From an uncultured bacterium (lineage in GTDB: Bacteria; Zixibacteria; MSB-5A5; GN15; FEB-12): a DNA stretch of 64,000 nt. Numbering within the stretch: position 1 is the first letter of the stretch; each line of letters starts with the position of its first letter. The notes under the pieces are model-generated. The model was not told where the DNA came from. It saw nothing but the letters and a program-made list of their open reading frames with translations, and ran no database searches. A program made the position numbers and the translations under genes. The DNA lies in contig CBDVDR010000012.1 in the NCBI GenBank assembly GCA_965372795.1, positions 1-64,000 of the forward strand, read 5' to 3'. This document shows, in pieces, positions 1-9,387 of the stretch.

Positions 1-38
1 ACGTGGGGCTTTGTCCGTTCAAATTTCTCCTTAGCCAT
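1..38 (-). CDS. tuf: Elongation factor Tu, 5' end only (runs off the window)
   Basis: The reverse complement reads MAKEKFERTKPH..., the canonical EF-Tu N-terminus. GGAGG at 51-55. Lies directly after tRNA-Thr(GGT). Not in the ORF track. Confidence 0.95.
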   Translation of the reverse strand, partial: MAKEKFERTKPH

Positions 39-70
39 TGCTCTCGCAATCCTCCAAAAAAATTTTTTAA

Positions 71-143
71 AGCCCAGAACCAGGATTGAACTGGTGACCT
101 CATCCTTACCAAGGATGTGCTCTACCGACTGAGCTATCTGGGC
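71..143 (-). tRNA. tRNA-Thr(GGT)
   Basis: GCCCAGATAGCTCAGTCGGTAGAGCACATCCTTGGTAAGGATGAGGTCACCAGTTCAATCCTGGTTCTGGGCT folds as a cloverleaf with anticodon GGT and a GTTCAA T-loop. CCA is not encoded. Confidence 0.96.
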
Positions 144-208
144 GATTTAGCTTCCGAAATAACATTAATAAGCAAAAAAAAAGGCTAAATCACCTTTAAG
201 CAAGCTCT

Positions 209-236
209 ATTATATAGTTACGAGCCGACAAGTCAA
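209..236 (-). promoter_or_regulatory. Sigma70-type promoter for tRNA-Thr/tuf
   Basis: Minus strand TTGACT-16 nt-TATAAT. Confidence 0.6.
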
Positions 237-512
237 GGCATATTTTGAAAAAATATCATTTTTTTCAATAAAATATAACCTTATTGTAAAATAGTTCGGT
301 AATAACCTTACAAAGGTTAGACAATCTGTTCAATAATCATACAATTATTGAATAATTATTATAATCCGTATTACAACAATGCTTAAATATATCAACAATA
401 CGCTTTTAATGTCAATAGATAATAGTATTATTCTTATGATTGCCCAATAATTGTGCATGAAAGATTGATTTGTCAATTTCAATAAAATAAATATCGTGGA
501 GAATTAAAAAAA

Positions 513-585
513 AGCGGGAGACGAGGTTCGAACTCGCGACCAACAGCTTGGAAGGCTGTGACTCTACCAACTGAGTTACTCCCGC
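513..585 (-). tRNA. tRNA-Gly(TCC)
   Basis: GCGGGAGTAACTCAGTTGGTAGAGTCACAGCCTTCCAAGCTGTTGGTCGCGAGTTCGAACCTCGTCTCCCGCT; anticodon TCC, GTTCGAA T-loop. Confidence 0.96.
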
Positions 586-599
586 ATTTGGCAAAGGCA

Positions 600-628
600 A
601 TATTATTGGGAAAATCCCCTTAACGCAA
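600..628 (-). promoter_or_regulatory. Sigma70-type promoter for tRNA-Gly
   Basis: Minus strand TTGCGT-17 nt-TAATAT, 14 nt upstream of the tRNA. Confidence 0.45.
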
Positions 629-799
629 GTGTTTTTTTGTATATGATTGATAATCAACAGATTTGAGTTTAAAACTCTTCTGTTTTACTTTATAAAAACT
701 AAATTTATAAATTTCCTGCTGATTGTAGTTTATAATGATGTCCATTTAAAGCCGTAACATGCTATTACTCAATATCTTTTGATGGGCTGCCAATGACTG

Positions 800-827
800 T
801 CAAGTATCACATATTATATACCGATAA
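800..827 (+). promoter_or_regulatory. Sigma28-like promoter upstream of hemerythrin
   Basis: TCAAG-16 nt-CCGATAA. Confidence 0.4.
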
Positions 828-863
828 AAATAATATAAACACCTAAGGATTGCATAAAACTAA

Positions 864-1292
864 ATGAATTACTTCATTAGCTGGAACGACACCTTTACTG
901 TATACAATGATTTGTTGGATGAACAACATAAAGAATTAATTACAATCCTCAATATGGCCTATTCCTGTTATCATTCAAAGGGATCAAATGAGGAAATTTA
1001 TGATATTATTGATTCATTACTATTTTTTGCAGAACATCATTTTAAAGCAGAAGAAAATTATATGAGAGAAAACAATTACTCTGATATCAAAAAGCATATC
1101 AAACAACATCAAAAGTTAATGCAAAATATAATTTATTATAATGATCAGATTGAAAAAAATATTGAAGTTTCCTGCGAAGAAGTACTTCAATTTATCTGGA
1201 CATGGTTTATGAACCATGTGCAGGTTGAAGATCAAAGATACGCAAAATCAATTCAGGCTAAACTTGAAGTGCTTGAAGTGCTTGAAGTTTAA
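864..1292 (+). CDS. Single-domain bacteriohemerythrin
   Basis: W..F.V....LDEQH, HF..EE..M, H..QH and W...H...ED give the full di-iron ligand set. The C-terminus is LEV x3. Confidence 0.9.
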   Translation: MNYFISWNDTFTVYNDLLDEQHKELITILNMAYSCYHSKGSNEEIYDIIDSLLFFAEHHFKAEENYMRENNYSDIKKHIKQHQKLMQNIIYYNDQIEKNIEVSCEEVLQFIWTWFMNHVQVEDQRYAKSIQAKLEVLEVLEV

Positions 1293-2314
1293 AATATTCC
1301 CTTTAGTCTCATCACTGCTTCTTTACAGTCAGATTCCGAAACATCCAGATGGGTTACGAATCTAATTTTTTTCGGACCAAACGGCACCGCCCAAACAGAA
1401 ACATCTTTCATTTTTTCAAGAACCTGATCAGCCATCATTTCATTGGTGATATTAACTAAAATAATATTAGTATCAACCCGGGAAGTATCAACCTTGAAAT
1501 TATCAATTTCATTTAGTTCGTTAGCGAGTAGTTTGGCGTTGGTGTGATCGTTTGACAGACCAGAAATATTATTTTTAACCGCATAAAGACCGGCTGCAGC
1601 AATTAACCCAACCTGTCTCATCCCCCCGCCAAAAATCTTTCGTTCCCGGCGGCATTTTTCAATGTATTCAACCGTACCCAAAATCATTGAGCCGATTGGA
1701 GCTCCCAGACCTTTAGATAAACAGACTGAAACAGAATGGAACGGTTTAGTTAGTTCCACCAATGATATTCCGGTAGCAACATGCGCATTCCAAATTCTGG
1801 CGCCGTCAAGATGGAAAATCAGACCAAGCTCATCGCAAACTTCACGCACTTTTAAAATTTCATCCTGAGGTAAAACTGTTCCCCCATGACGATTATGAGT
1901 ATTTTCAAGAGCCACCATTTTGGTCTCAGGACAGTGAATATTTATAGGGCGGAAATTTTCCCGGACAACATCAGCCGAAATCATCCCCCGATCGGTTTGT
2001 AATAAATTGATAAGTAAGCCCGAATGAATTACCGGTCCGGCAGCTTCATAATTTACAATGTGACATTCTCTTTCACACAACAGCTCCCATCCCGGCTGGC
2101 TGTTAACTTTGAGCGCAATTTGATTCGCCATCGTTCCTGAGGGAACATAAAGAGATGCTTCTCTGTCAAAAAGGTTGGCAATATATGCTTCCAACTCTTT
2201 GACAGTCGGGTCATCGCCCAATACATCATCACCCAATTTAGCGTGAGCAATTGCATCCATCATCCCGGCGGAAGGACGGGTTACGGTATCTGATCTTAAA
2301 TCTATTATTTTCAT
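1289..2314 (-). CDS. ltaE: Low-specificity L-threonine aldolase
   Basis: DLRSDTVT, PSGTMAN, LENTHN, HLDGAR and SKGLG (PLP lysine) motifs. Confidence 0.92.
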   Translation of the reverse strand: MKIIDLRSDTVTRPSAGMMDAIAHAKLGDDVLGDDPTVKELEAYIANLFDREASLYVPSGTMANQIALKVNSQPGWELLCERECHIVNYEAAGPVIHSGLLINLLQTDRGMISADVVRENFRPINIHCPETKMVALENTHNRHGGTVLPQDEILKVREVCDELGLIFHLDGARIWNAHVATGISLVELTKPFHSVSVCLSKGLGAPIGSMILGTVEYIEKCRRERKIFGGGMRQVGLIAAAGLYAVKNNISGLSNDHTNAKLLANELNEIDNFKVDTSRVDTNIILVNITNEMMADQVLEKMKDVSVWAVPFGPKKIRFVTHLDVSESDCKEAVMRLKGIF

Positions 2315-2371
2315 AGGCTGAATATATGATAATGAATAATTATTACAAGAGTAGTGTAATAAATTTAGTAC

Positions 2372-2403
2372 AAAAAAAACCGCTCAAAAGAGCGGTTTTT
2401 TTT
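2372..2403. terminator. Intrinsic terminator downstream of the cold-shock gene
   Basis: A8-CCGCTC-AAAA-GAGCGG-T8. Confidence 0.85.
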
Positions 2404-2417
2404 AGGTGGTAATTTGT

Positions 2418-2624
2418 TTATTCAGCTGGTCGAACATGTTGCGCTTTAAGACCAGCGTCAGAATCAACAACTTCAAATTGCACATCCTGCCCTTCTTTCA
2501 AAGTGCGGAATCCATCCATATCTATGTCTGAATAATGGACATAGACATTTTCATCCTCTGAATCGCTTGAAATAAACCCGTACCCTTTGCGGTCGTTGAA
2601 ATACTTAACTTTTCCCTTGGACAT
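2418..2624 (-). CDS. Cold-shock protein (CspA family)
   Basis: KGKVKYFN..KGYGFI (RNP1) and VYVHYS (RNP2). Confidence 0.95.
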   Translation of the reverse strand: MSKGKVKYFNDRKGYGFISSDSEDENVYVHYSDIDMDGFRTLKEGQDVQFEVVDSDAGLKAQHVRPAE

Positions 2625-2715
2625 CTATTTCCCTCCAAATTGATGTTGAGAATCCCTCTCTTGTTATTATCATACAATTATTATACGAAGCTATCAAGAT
2701 TTTATTTCAACTATT

Positions 2716-3333
2716 TCACAAACTCATCAATATTTTTTGACACAGCATCATACTTAGACCCGAGATAAGCGGTACGGTCAGGTTATCATCAATCTTCAAA
2801 GGCATTGCTTCCGTTACAGTTGCGACAACAGAGCCGAAAACTGCGACAAAAAGTGTCAACCCGGGAGCAAATATGGCAACAATTAAAGTACTTATTAAAA
2901 ATGCGGCCGAGCCTTCAATTGTTTTATTATTTATAATTTTATGTTTCCCGTATCTTCGCCCAATTAGCGCCGCCCAGGTATCGCCAACCATGATATAAAT
3001 TAAGGCTGTAACTGCTATTGGTTTAGGGAATAATGCCACTGTTAGAATAATTGAAATTAGGATATAAGTTGCACCGGTAAAATCACCCTTTGATTCATGT
3101 TTGCGTACCATGGATGATAAATATTTTTGAGCAAATTCAGTCCAAAATGACCAATTTCTTAACCTTGAGATGTCTGCAGATAAAACCAAAATTAAAGCGA
3201 CACCCATAAGTATGAGCATTTGTGGTTTGGAAATATCTAAAAAATAATATCCAACCGGGATAATTAAAGCACCGGTATGAGTTGCTTTTCTAAGAATCTC
3301 ACTCAGAAAACTAATCTGCCCAGTATCAGACAT
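2716..3333 (-). CDS. CTP-dependent polyprenol/phytol/diacylglycerol kinase family membrane protein (SEC59/DGK1/VTE5-like)
   Basis: RKATH, GD..AALIGRRYG, KTIEGS and DDNLTVP motifs; multiple TM segments. Confidence 0.8.
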   Translation of the reverse strand: MSDTGQISFLSEILRKATHTGALIIPVGYYFLDISKPQMLILMGVALILVLSADISRLRNWSFWTEFAQKYLSSMVRKHESKGDFTGATYILISIILTVALFPKPIAVTALIYIMVGDTWAALIGRRYGKHKIINNKTIEGSAAFLISTLIVAIFAPGLTLFVAVFGSVVATVTEAMPLKIDDNLTVPLISGLSMMLCQKILMSL

Positions 3334-3335
3334 TT

Positions 3336-5099
3336 TTATTCAGTCCGATACTCAAGTGGTCTCATATGAATATCATTGAGTTTATTCGGATATTTAACCC
3401 CAAATTGCTTGAGAAGACTAATTTGGAAATCACGTTTGAATTTTACGGCATGTTCATACTCAAGATTTTTACCGATTTCAAATTTTGCCTGATCATAGGT
3501 TCTCGAGGAAAACCGCTCAACAACCTTAAACATATAATATTTATCGTTATATTTAAACGGTTTAGAAATTTCACCGGTTGTTGTTGTTAGGGCTTTCCGA
3601 TATAATGCACGATCAATATCTTTAGGACCGATAGGACCGATATCTCCTAATTTACGTTTTTCATCAGGTGAATTACCGGGATTATACTCAGAAGCTAATT
3701 TCAGGAAATCAATTCCGGAGTAAGCCTGATCCCTGACAAATTCACATAAAGCAGAATCATCACATATAATTTGTTGAATACTTACTGTATTTTCAGTTAC
3801 AAAATCATCAATGTTGTCATTGTAATATTTTCGTTTCATTTCTTCAGAAACTTCAAAGAGATAATCTTTTTGGGCATCTTTGATTATACTACGAGCATAT
3901 TCTCGTTTCCATAGCGAGGATTTATCTCTTACCACCGGCAGCGTATCAATTCGAGCCGCCCGTGCCATTCTTTCAATTACAAAAGGTTCTTTTAAAACAT
4001 TGACAATTTCCCTTTTCATCTCCGGTGTAGTATTGGAAATTTTATAATGTTTTCGATATTGATCTTCCCACTCCCTTAAATGAAAAACGGTGATTGTATC
4101 TATGTCATCGAGTACCGCTATCCAATCGTATTGGTTTGCTTTATAAATATTTTTATCCAGAAGAGGTTCATTATATTCAACTTTATTAATAAATTGTCTC
4201 AAGGAGTCTTTTACAACCGCCCCTCGAACATGCGATTTTTCGATCAACAGGTTTATCTTTGCAAAATCAAATACTTCGGCTGTAAATTCAGGCAACCCGT
4301 CATAGATATGTTCATCAACATAAACAATATGCCAGCCATCTTTATCCTGATAAGGCTTGGAATGCTCTCCCGCTGCTAATACAAAAGCGACTGAATCAAA
4401 GGGATTATAGTATCGTCCCGGAGATACAAATCCAATTCGCCCGCCTTGACCTTTTCTGAATCCATCATGATTAATATCGTAGGCAATTGAAGAGAATAAT
4501 CGATTTTTACCTAACAAACCATAGATATCATAAATATAAGCTTTAGTAAAAGCCTCCAAAGAATCATTTGAAAGAGTGCGGAATTTCAAAGAGTCAGGAC
4601 CATTTAAAAAACCTTTTTTGTTTATCAAAATGTGATAAGCATCTATCTGTTCCTCAAGGGAATAGATATCAGGATTATTATAAAAATGATCGACCACTTC
4701 CATTGAATCGGCAGACATTTGAGATCTGACATATACATTAAAATAAGAATCAATCAATAATTCTCTTAATCTGGACCGATAGCGACGATCAATATCAGGA
4801 TATTTCGACAGATCAAGTTCTTTAGCTGCAATCGTCGCAAATGTGTCAACAAGAATGCTATCAAGAATAAGTGCAATATCCTCAGCTTTTACAATGCCAC
4901 CAAATGGTGCGATATTGCTTTGCTTTAGAATTTCATACAGATCCCCCATTGTCATAGAAAAACCATTGTCAGATTCGACAATAACAGGATTTTTTTCAAG
5001 CAGACTGCTCTCAGAAATTATGATATTTTTTGCACATCCCAAAAATAATACCGTTGAAATTATAATTGTCAGACTAATTATCTTTATTCTTCTCATCAT
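3336..5099 (-). CDS. Parvulin-type peptidyl-prolyl isomerase lipoprotein (SurA/PrsA-like, two PPIase-like domains)
   Basis: Lipobox LFLGC; HILI...GGRIGF...FDSVAF...SKP....GWHIV; second domain F.KLA.EY...GDIG...GEISKP. Confidence 0.75.
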   Translation of the reverse strand: MMRRIKIISLTIIISTVLFLGCAKNIIISESSLLEKNPVIVESDNGFSMTMGDLYEILKQSNIAPFGGIVKAEDIALILDSILVDTFATIAAKELDLSKYPDIDRRYRSRLRELLIDSYFNVYVRSQMSADSMEVVDHFYNNPDIYSLEEQIDAYHILINKKGFLNGPDSLKFRTLSNDSLEAFTKAYIYDIYGLLGKNRLFSSIAYDINHDGFRKGQGGRIGFVSPGRYYNPFDSVAFVLAAGEHSKPYQDKDGWHIVYVDEHIYDGLPEFTAEVFDFAKINLLIEKSHVRGAVVKDSLRQFINKVEYNEPLLDKNIYKANQYDWIAVLDDIDTITVFHLREWEDQYRKHYKISNTTPEMKREIVNVLKEPFVIERMARAARIDTLPVVRDKSSLWKREYARSIIKDAQKDYLFEVSEEMKRKYYNDNIDDFVTENTVSIQQIICDDSALCEFVRDQAYSGIDFLKLASEYNPGNSPDEKRKLGDIGPIGPKDIDRALYRKALTTTTGEISKPFKYNDKYYMFKVVERFSSRTYDQAKFEIGKNLEYEHAVKFKRDFQISLLKQFGVKYPNKLNDIHMRPLEYRTE

Positions 5100-5169
5100 G
5101 TCTCCACATTAGAATTATTATTGAGTATTATACAAACAATTAACGAAGATAATACGAAAAAAATATAAA

Positions 5170-6885
5170 TCAAGCCGTAGTAGGCTTTAATGTATGATTC
5201 GGATCCGATTCTTTGGGATTAGTAATTGGGTCAGAAGTATATTCCGGGATTTCTATTAAAAAAGTTGTGCCTTCGCTTAATTGAGAATCTACTGATAGAT
5301 TAAGTCTCAGAGCAGTGCAAATCCGATGCACAATGGACAATCCGAGTCCGGTGCCACCTTTTTTGGTGGAATAAAATGGTTTGTAAATATTCTTTAAATG
5401 GATCGCTTCAATTCCCGGTCCATTGTCCTGAACATATAATTCGATGAAATTGCTATTAAGATTCCTTGCAATTCTGAAAACAAGCTCACCTTCCTTAGTT
5501 TCCATCGCTTCACAAGCGTTCACAGCCAGATTCAAAAGTAGCTGACGGAATAAATCCTCATCTCCAACAACATAAGTTATTGAATGATCGGTCTCAAAAT
5601 TAATGTCTATTTTAGAGTGATATGAATTATGATGATACAGCAATTGGATTACATCTGTAACCACATGACATAGTTCAACTTTATTATAAATTCTCTTGTC
5701 AACTCGTGCGTAACTAAGAAAATCACTCAATATCCTGCTTAGCCGATGGGATTCTTTGACAATTAAATCCATAAGTTTTTTATTATCATCTTCCAGTTCA
5801 AGTTCATTTTTCAAAACTTCTACTGATCCGGATATTGAAGCTAAGGGATTTCTTATCTCATGAGCAATTGATGCTGAGAGTTCACCAACCGCCGCCAGAC
5901 GGTCAGCCGCTCGAACTTTGGCTTCCATATTTTTGGCAGAAGTTAAATTTGAAAATATTGTAATTACACCTCGTAAGGTTCCATTATCTTCGGTCAATAT
6001 TGAGGTTGACAGACCCAGAGGGATTCTAACATTTTCATGATTTATTATCTCTGTTTCTTTTCTGGGATATTGAACTAATTGCGTTGTCCCTTGAATTAAA
6101 AAATCAGCTAACTCAGGCATTCTCTCTGAAAAAACATCACTGCAATGCAGCCCTCGAACATCTTCACTTCTAAAACCAAGTATTTTTTCAGCCGCCCGGT
6201 TAAAATATATGATAAATCCTTTGGCATCAATCGTGAGCAAGCCGGAATTAAGATGATGCAGGATTTCATCAGTTTCAAGACGTGCTTTTCTAAGGGCTAT
6301 TGAAGAATCTTTGAGCTGCTTATCCTGCGTTTTAAGTTTCTCGGCCAGAAACCCCGAAATAAATGCAACCAGGTAAAAAATCAAAATATGAAGTAATATC
6401 GAATAAAACGCATTCTCTTTACCAACAAATACAGTTTGCAGCATATGAAGCGAAATAGCCGTATCGGCACTTCCCACCAACCCGAACCAAATTATAAAGG
6501 CATAAGCAATAGAGACAACTGAGGCTATTAAAAGCGTACCTACCATGCCATAAATTAAAGCCGCCGAAACAATAGCCAGAATAAACAAACCTGAAAATGG
6601 CGAGTTTATATTTCCGGTGGCATATATTATTCCCGATTCTATCAGGATTTCAAATACAAATTGTAAAGCAATTAAAGATGACGTGACATTTATAAGTTTT
6701 AGTTTTTTATCGAAGGTTATAAAGAGAGCAAACGCAAGGGTTAAAACAGAATAGATTACAAATTGAAGCCTGAGAAATAAAGGATACCCCATCCAGAAGA
6801 CTACGACCGAAAATAATATTATAAACGATGCGAATCTTAAAGGTATAAACCAACTGAATTGTTTTGATTTTTCAACTTGTTCCAT
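5170..6885 (-). CDS. pilS: Membrane PAS sensor histidine kinase, PilS-like
   Basis: N-terminal TM helices, PAS domain, AHEIRNPL H-box, N-box LNLAVNA, DNGPG, GTGLGL; lies directly after pilC. Confidence 0.8.
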   Translation of the reverse strand: MEQVEKSKQFSWFIPLRFASFIILFSVVVFWMGYPLFLRLQFVIYSVLTLAFALFITFDKKLKLINVTSSLIALQFVFEILIESGIIYATGNINSPFSGLFILAIVSAALIYGMVGTLLIASVVSIAYAFIIWFGLVGSADTAISLHMLQTVFVGKENAFYSILLHILIFYLVAFISGFLAEKLKTQDKQLKDSSIALRKARLETDEILHHLNSGLLTIDAKGFIIYFNRAAEKILGFRSEDVRGLHCSDVFSERMPELADFLIQGTTQLVQYPRKETEIINHENVRIPLGLSTSILTEDNGTLRGVITIFSNLTSAKNMEAKVRAADRLAAVGELSASIAHEIRNPLASISGSVEVLKNELELEDDNKKLMDLIVKESHRLSRILSDFLSYARVDKRIYNKVELCHVVTDVIQLLYHHNSYHSKIDINFETDHSITYVVGDEDLFRQLLLNLAVNACEAMETKEGELVFRIARNLNSNFIELYVQDNGPGIEAIHLKNIYKPFYSTKKGGTGLGLSIVHRICTALRLNLSVDSQLSEGTTFLIEIPEYTSDPITNPKESDPNHTLKPTTA

Positions 6886-6891
6886 ATTATA

Positions 6892-6913
6892 AACGGCGCC
6901 ATCGGGCGCCGTT
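6892..6913 (-). terminator. GC-rich hairpin between pilC and pilS
   Basis: AACGGCGCC-ATCG-GGCGCCGTT perfect 9-bp stem, 6 nt from the pilS start codon. Confidence 0.5.
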
Positions 6914-6944
6914 AATTATTTAAAATTTAGATTTTTATTTCTTT

Positions 6945-8141
6945 CTATATTTTGCCAATGATATCAAACATAGGTAAATACATCGCAACCAGAATACCAC
7001 CGATCACAATACCCATAAGTACAATAATTATCGGTTCGATAACCGACGTCAACGCAGTGACAGCCTCATCAACTTCTTCATCGTAGAAATCAGAAATTTT
7101 GTTAAGCATATCATCAAGACCACCGGTTTTTTCACCAACAGAAATCATCTGGGTCACCATCGGAGGAAATACTCCTGATTCCTTTAGAGGAGCAGTAATT
7201 GTATCACCCTCAGCAATTGACACCACTGATTTATTAATGGCATTGGCAATCACCAAATTTCCGGATGTTTTTGCAGTTATTTCCAAAGCTTCCAAAATTG
7301 AAACACCCGAGGAAAGCAAAGTACCCAGGGTACGGGTGAATCTTGCTACCGATGATTTTCTAACTAAATTTCCAAGAACCGGCAGTCTCAAAAGAATCTT
7401 ATCAAACATCAGCGCACCGGCATCTGTTTTCTTCCACCAAAAGAATAAAATCGACGAACCGATAGTTCCTCCAATTAAATAAAGAAAATTTGCCTGAAGG
7501 AAATTTGATATCTGTAAAACAACCTGAGTCGGTGCCGGCAAATCAGCATTCAATCCGCCAAACATCTTCGCAAAAACAGGAACGATAAAAGTCAACATAC
7601 TGATGGTTACCCCTGCTGCTACAATCATAATAACAACCGGATATATCATCGCACCTTTTACTTTTCTAACCAACTGGTCAGCCTTTTCACGATAGATCGC
7701 AAGACGGACTAATATACCATCAAGAGCTCCACCAACTTCACCGGCTTCCACCATGTTAGTATAAAGAGGATCAAATATTTTTGGATGGCGTGCCATGGCA
7801 TCAGAAAGAGTAGCACCACCCTGAACACCGTCCTGAACCTGTTTAATAATTTTAGCTAATTCTTTATTTTCAGTCTGCTGGGCAAGAATTTCAAGACACT
7901 GCACCATTGGTAATCCGGCGCCAATCATCGTTGCAAATTGGCGGGTAAATCGAGAGATTTCAACCTTTTTGATTCCGGTTCCAAATCTGATATCAAGTTC
8001 CGGTGCTTTCTTAGTAATCGAATTTACCATAATTCGATTTTGTCTAAGTACCCGTTCAATATCACTCTTTGTTTTTGCCTTCATCTGCCCTTGAACAGCA
8101 GCACCGGCAAGAGTCTTTCCTTTATATTCAAAAACTGGCAT
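6945..8141 (-). CDS. pilC: Type IV pilus platform protein PilC
   Basis: Two T2SSF domains: FTRQFATMIGAG, GEVGG.LD..L.RLA, GEKTG.LD.ML, AMYLPMF. Confidence 0.95.
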   Translation of the reverse strand: MPVFEYKGKTLAGAAVQGQMKAKTKSDIERVLRQNRIMVNSITKKAPELDIRFGTGIKKVEISRFTRQFATMIGAGLPMVQCLEILAQQTENKELAKIIKQVQDGVQGGATLSDAMARHPKIFDPLYTNMVEAGEVGGALDGILVRLAIYREKADQLVRKVKGAMIYPVVIMIVAAGVTISMLTFIVPVFAKMFGGLNADLPAPTQVVLQISNFLQANFLYLIGGTIGSSILFFWWKKTDAGALMFDKILLRLPVLGNLVRKSSVARFTRTLGTLLSSGVSILEALEITAKTSGNLVIANAINKSVVSIAEGDTITAPLKESGVFPPMVTQMISVGEKTGGLDDMLNKISDFYDEEVDEAVTALTSVIEPIIIVLMGIVIGGILVAMYLPMFDIIGKI

Positions 8142-8164
8142 TCAAATATCCTTTCATCCTTCTA

Positions 8165-9241
8165 TTAAGTAAATGCTGGAGATTTTTGCCGTGACATCAT
8201 CTCAGATAGTTCTTGGGTATTGTGACTGAAGTTCATAGCATCATTTATTGTTATTTTTCCAGCTATATATAGTTCTGATAATGATTGATTCATTGTTTTC
8301 ATACCAAATTTCTGTCCTGATTGAATCATTGAATACATCTGGTGAATCTTGTCATCACGAATCAGGGCTCTGATTGCCGGAGTAGCAATCATTATTTCCA
8401 GCGCAATTGTTCGACCGCCGCCAATTTTAGGTATCAGAGTCTGGGAAACGATTGCCTGTAAAGTAAATGATAATGAAACTCTGATCTGTTCCTGCTGATT
8501 TGTCGGAAACGAATCAACTATCCGGTTAATAGATTCTGCCGCTGAGTTAGTATGTAAAGTTGCGAAGGCAAGGTGACCGGTTTCAGAGATTGATAAAGCC
8601 GCTTCGATTGTTTCCAAATCACGCATCTCACCAACCAGTACCACATCAGGATCTTCACGTAAGGCATATTTCAAAGCGGTTGCAAAGGAGGTCGTGTCTG
8701 AATAAACTTCCCGTTGATTGATCAAAGCTTTCTGATGGCGATGAAGATACTCAATCGGATCTTCTACAGTGATAATATGAACCGGGCGTTCTTTATTTAT
8801 TTTATCAATGATCGCTGCCAGAGTCGTTGATTTACCCGAACCGGTTGGACCGGTAACCAATATTAAACCACGTGGTAAATTTGAAAAATCGGCACAAACC
8901 TTAGGCAGAGCCAATTGCTCAAAAGTCATAATTTCATAGGGAATTTGACGAAGCACGACCGCTACATTACCTCTCTGCATAAACAGATTGCACCGAAACC
9001 GACTCATCCGCTCAATACCAAAAGAGAGATCAAGTTCTGAGTTTTGCTCAAATTTCATTTTCTGTTTTTCATTTAACATTGAATAGGCGAGTTTTTTTAT
9101 CTGCTCACTGGTCAACATATCATGACTTGTTCGTTGGAGTTTTCCATCAACTCTTATCACAGGTGGGGCTCCAACAGTTAAATGAAGATCAGAAGCCCCT
9201 GCTTTCACCATCTCTTCTAATAATTCACGCAAACTTGCCAT
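8165..9241 (-). CDS. pilT: Type IV pilus retraction ATPase PilT
   Basis: ASDLHL, GPTGSGKST, TVEDPIE, LREDPD, ETGHL...TLHT and AIRALIR motifs. Confidence 0.95.
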   Translation of the reverse strand: MASLRELLEEMVKAGASDLHLTVGAPPVIRVDGKLQRTSHDMLTSEQIKKLAYSMLNEKQKMKFEQNSELDLSFGIERMSRFRCNLFMQRGNVAVVLRQIPYEIMTFEQLALPKVCADFSNLPRGLILVTGPTGSGKSTTLAAIIDKINKERPVHIITVEDPIEYLHRHQKALINQREVYSDTTSFATALKYALREDPDVVLVGEMRDLETIEAALSISETGHLAFATLHTNSAAESINRIVDSFPTNQQEQIRVSLSFTLQAIVSQTLIPKIGGGRTIALEIMIATPAIRALIRDDKIHQMYSMIQSGQKFGMKTMNQSLSELYIAGKITINDAMNFSHNTQELSEMMSRQKSPAFT

Positions 9242-9297
9242 TAATTACTCCATAACTCAAAATTACAGAAATTTAGATATAATAATTCTTTTTAATG

Positions 9298-9324
9298 TTA
9301 TCGGAATAAAACGACTATTCTTGA
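9298..9324 (-). promoter_or_regulatory. Sigma28-like promoter upstream of pilT
   Basis: Minus strand TCAAGAATAGTCGTTTTATTCCGATAA (TCAAG-15-CCGATAA). Confidence 0.55.
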
Positions 9325-9387
9325 CTCTGAAGGGCTTTTATTTCACCTCTCAAGGCTTTGAGAGACAAGGGTTTTACAACTGAAGGC

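Noticed and set aside
412..657. 81-aa ORF
   Set aside because: It is the translation of tRNA-Gly and its flanks, not a protein
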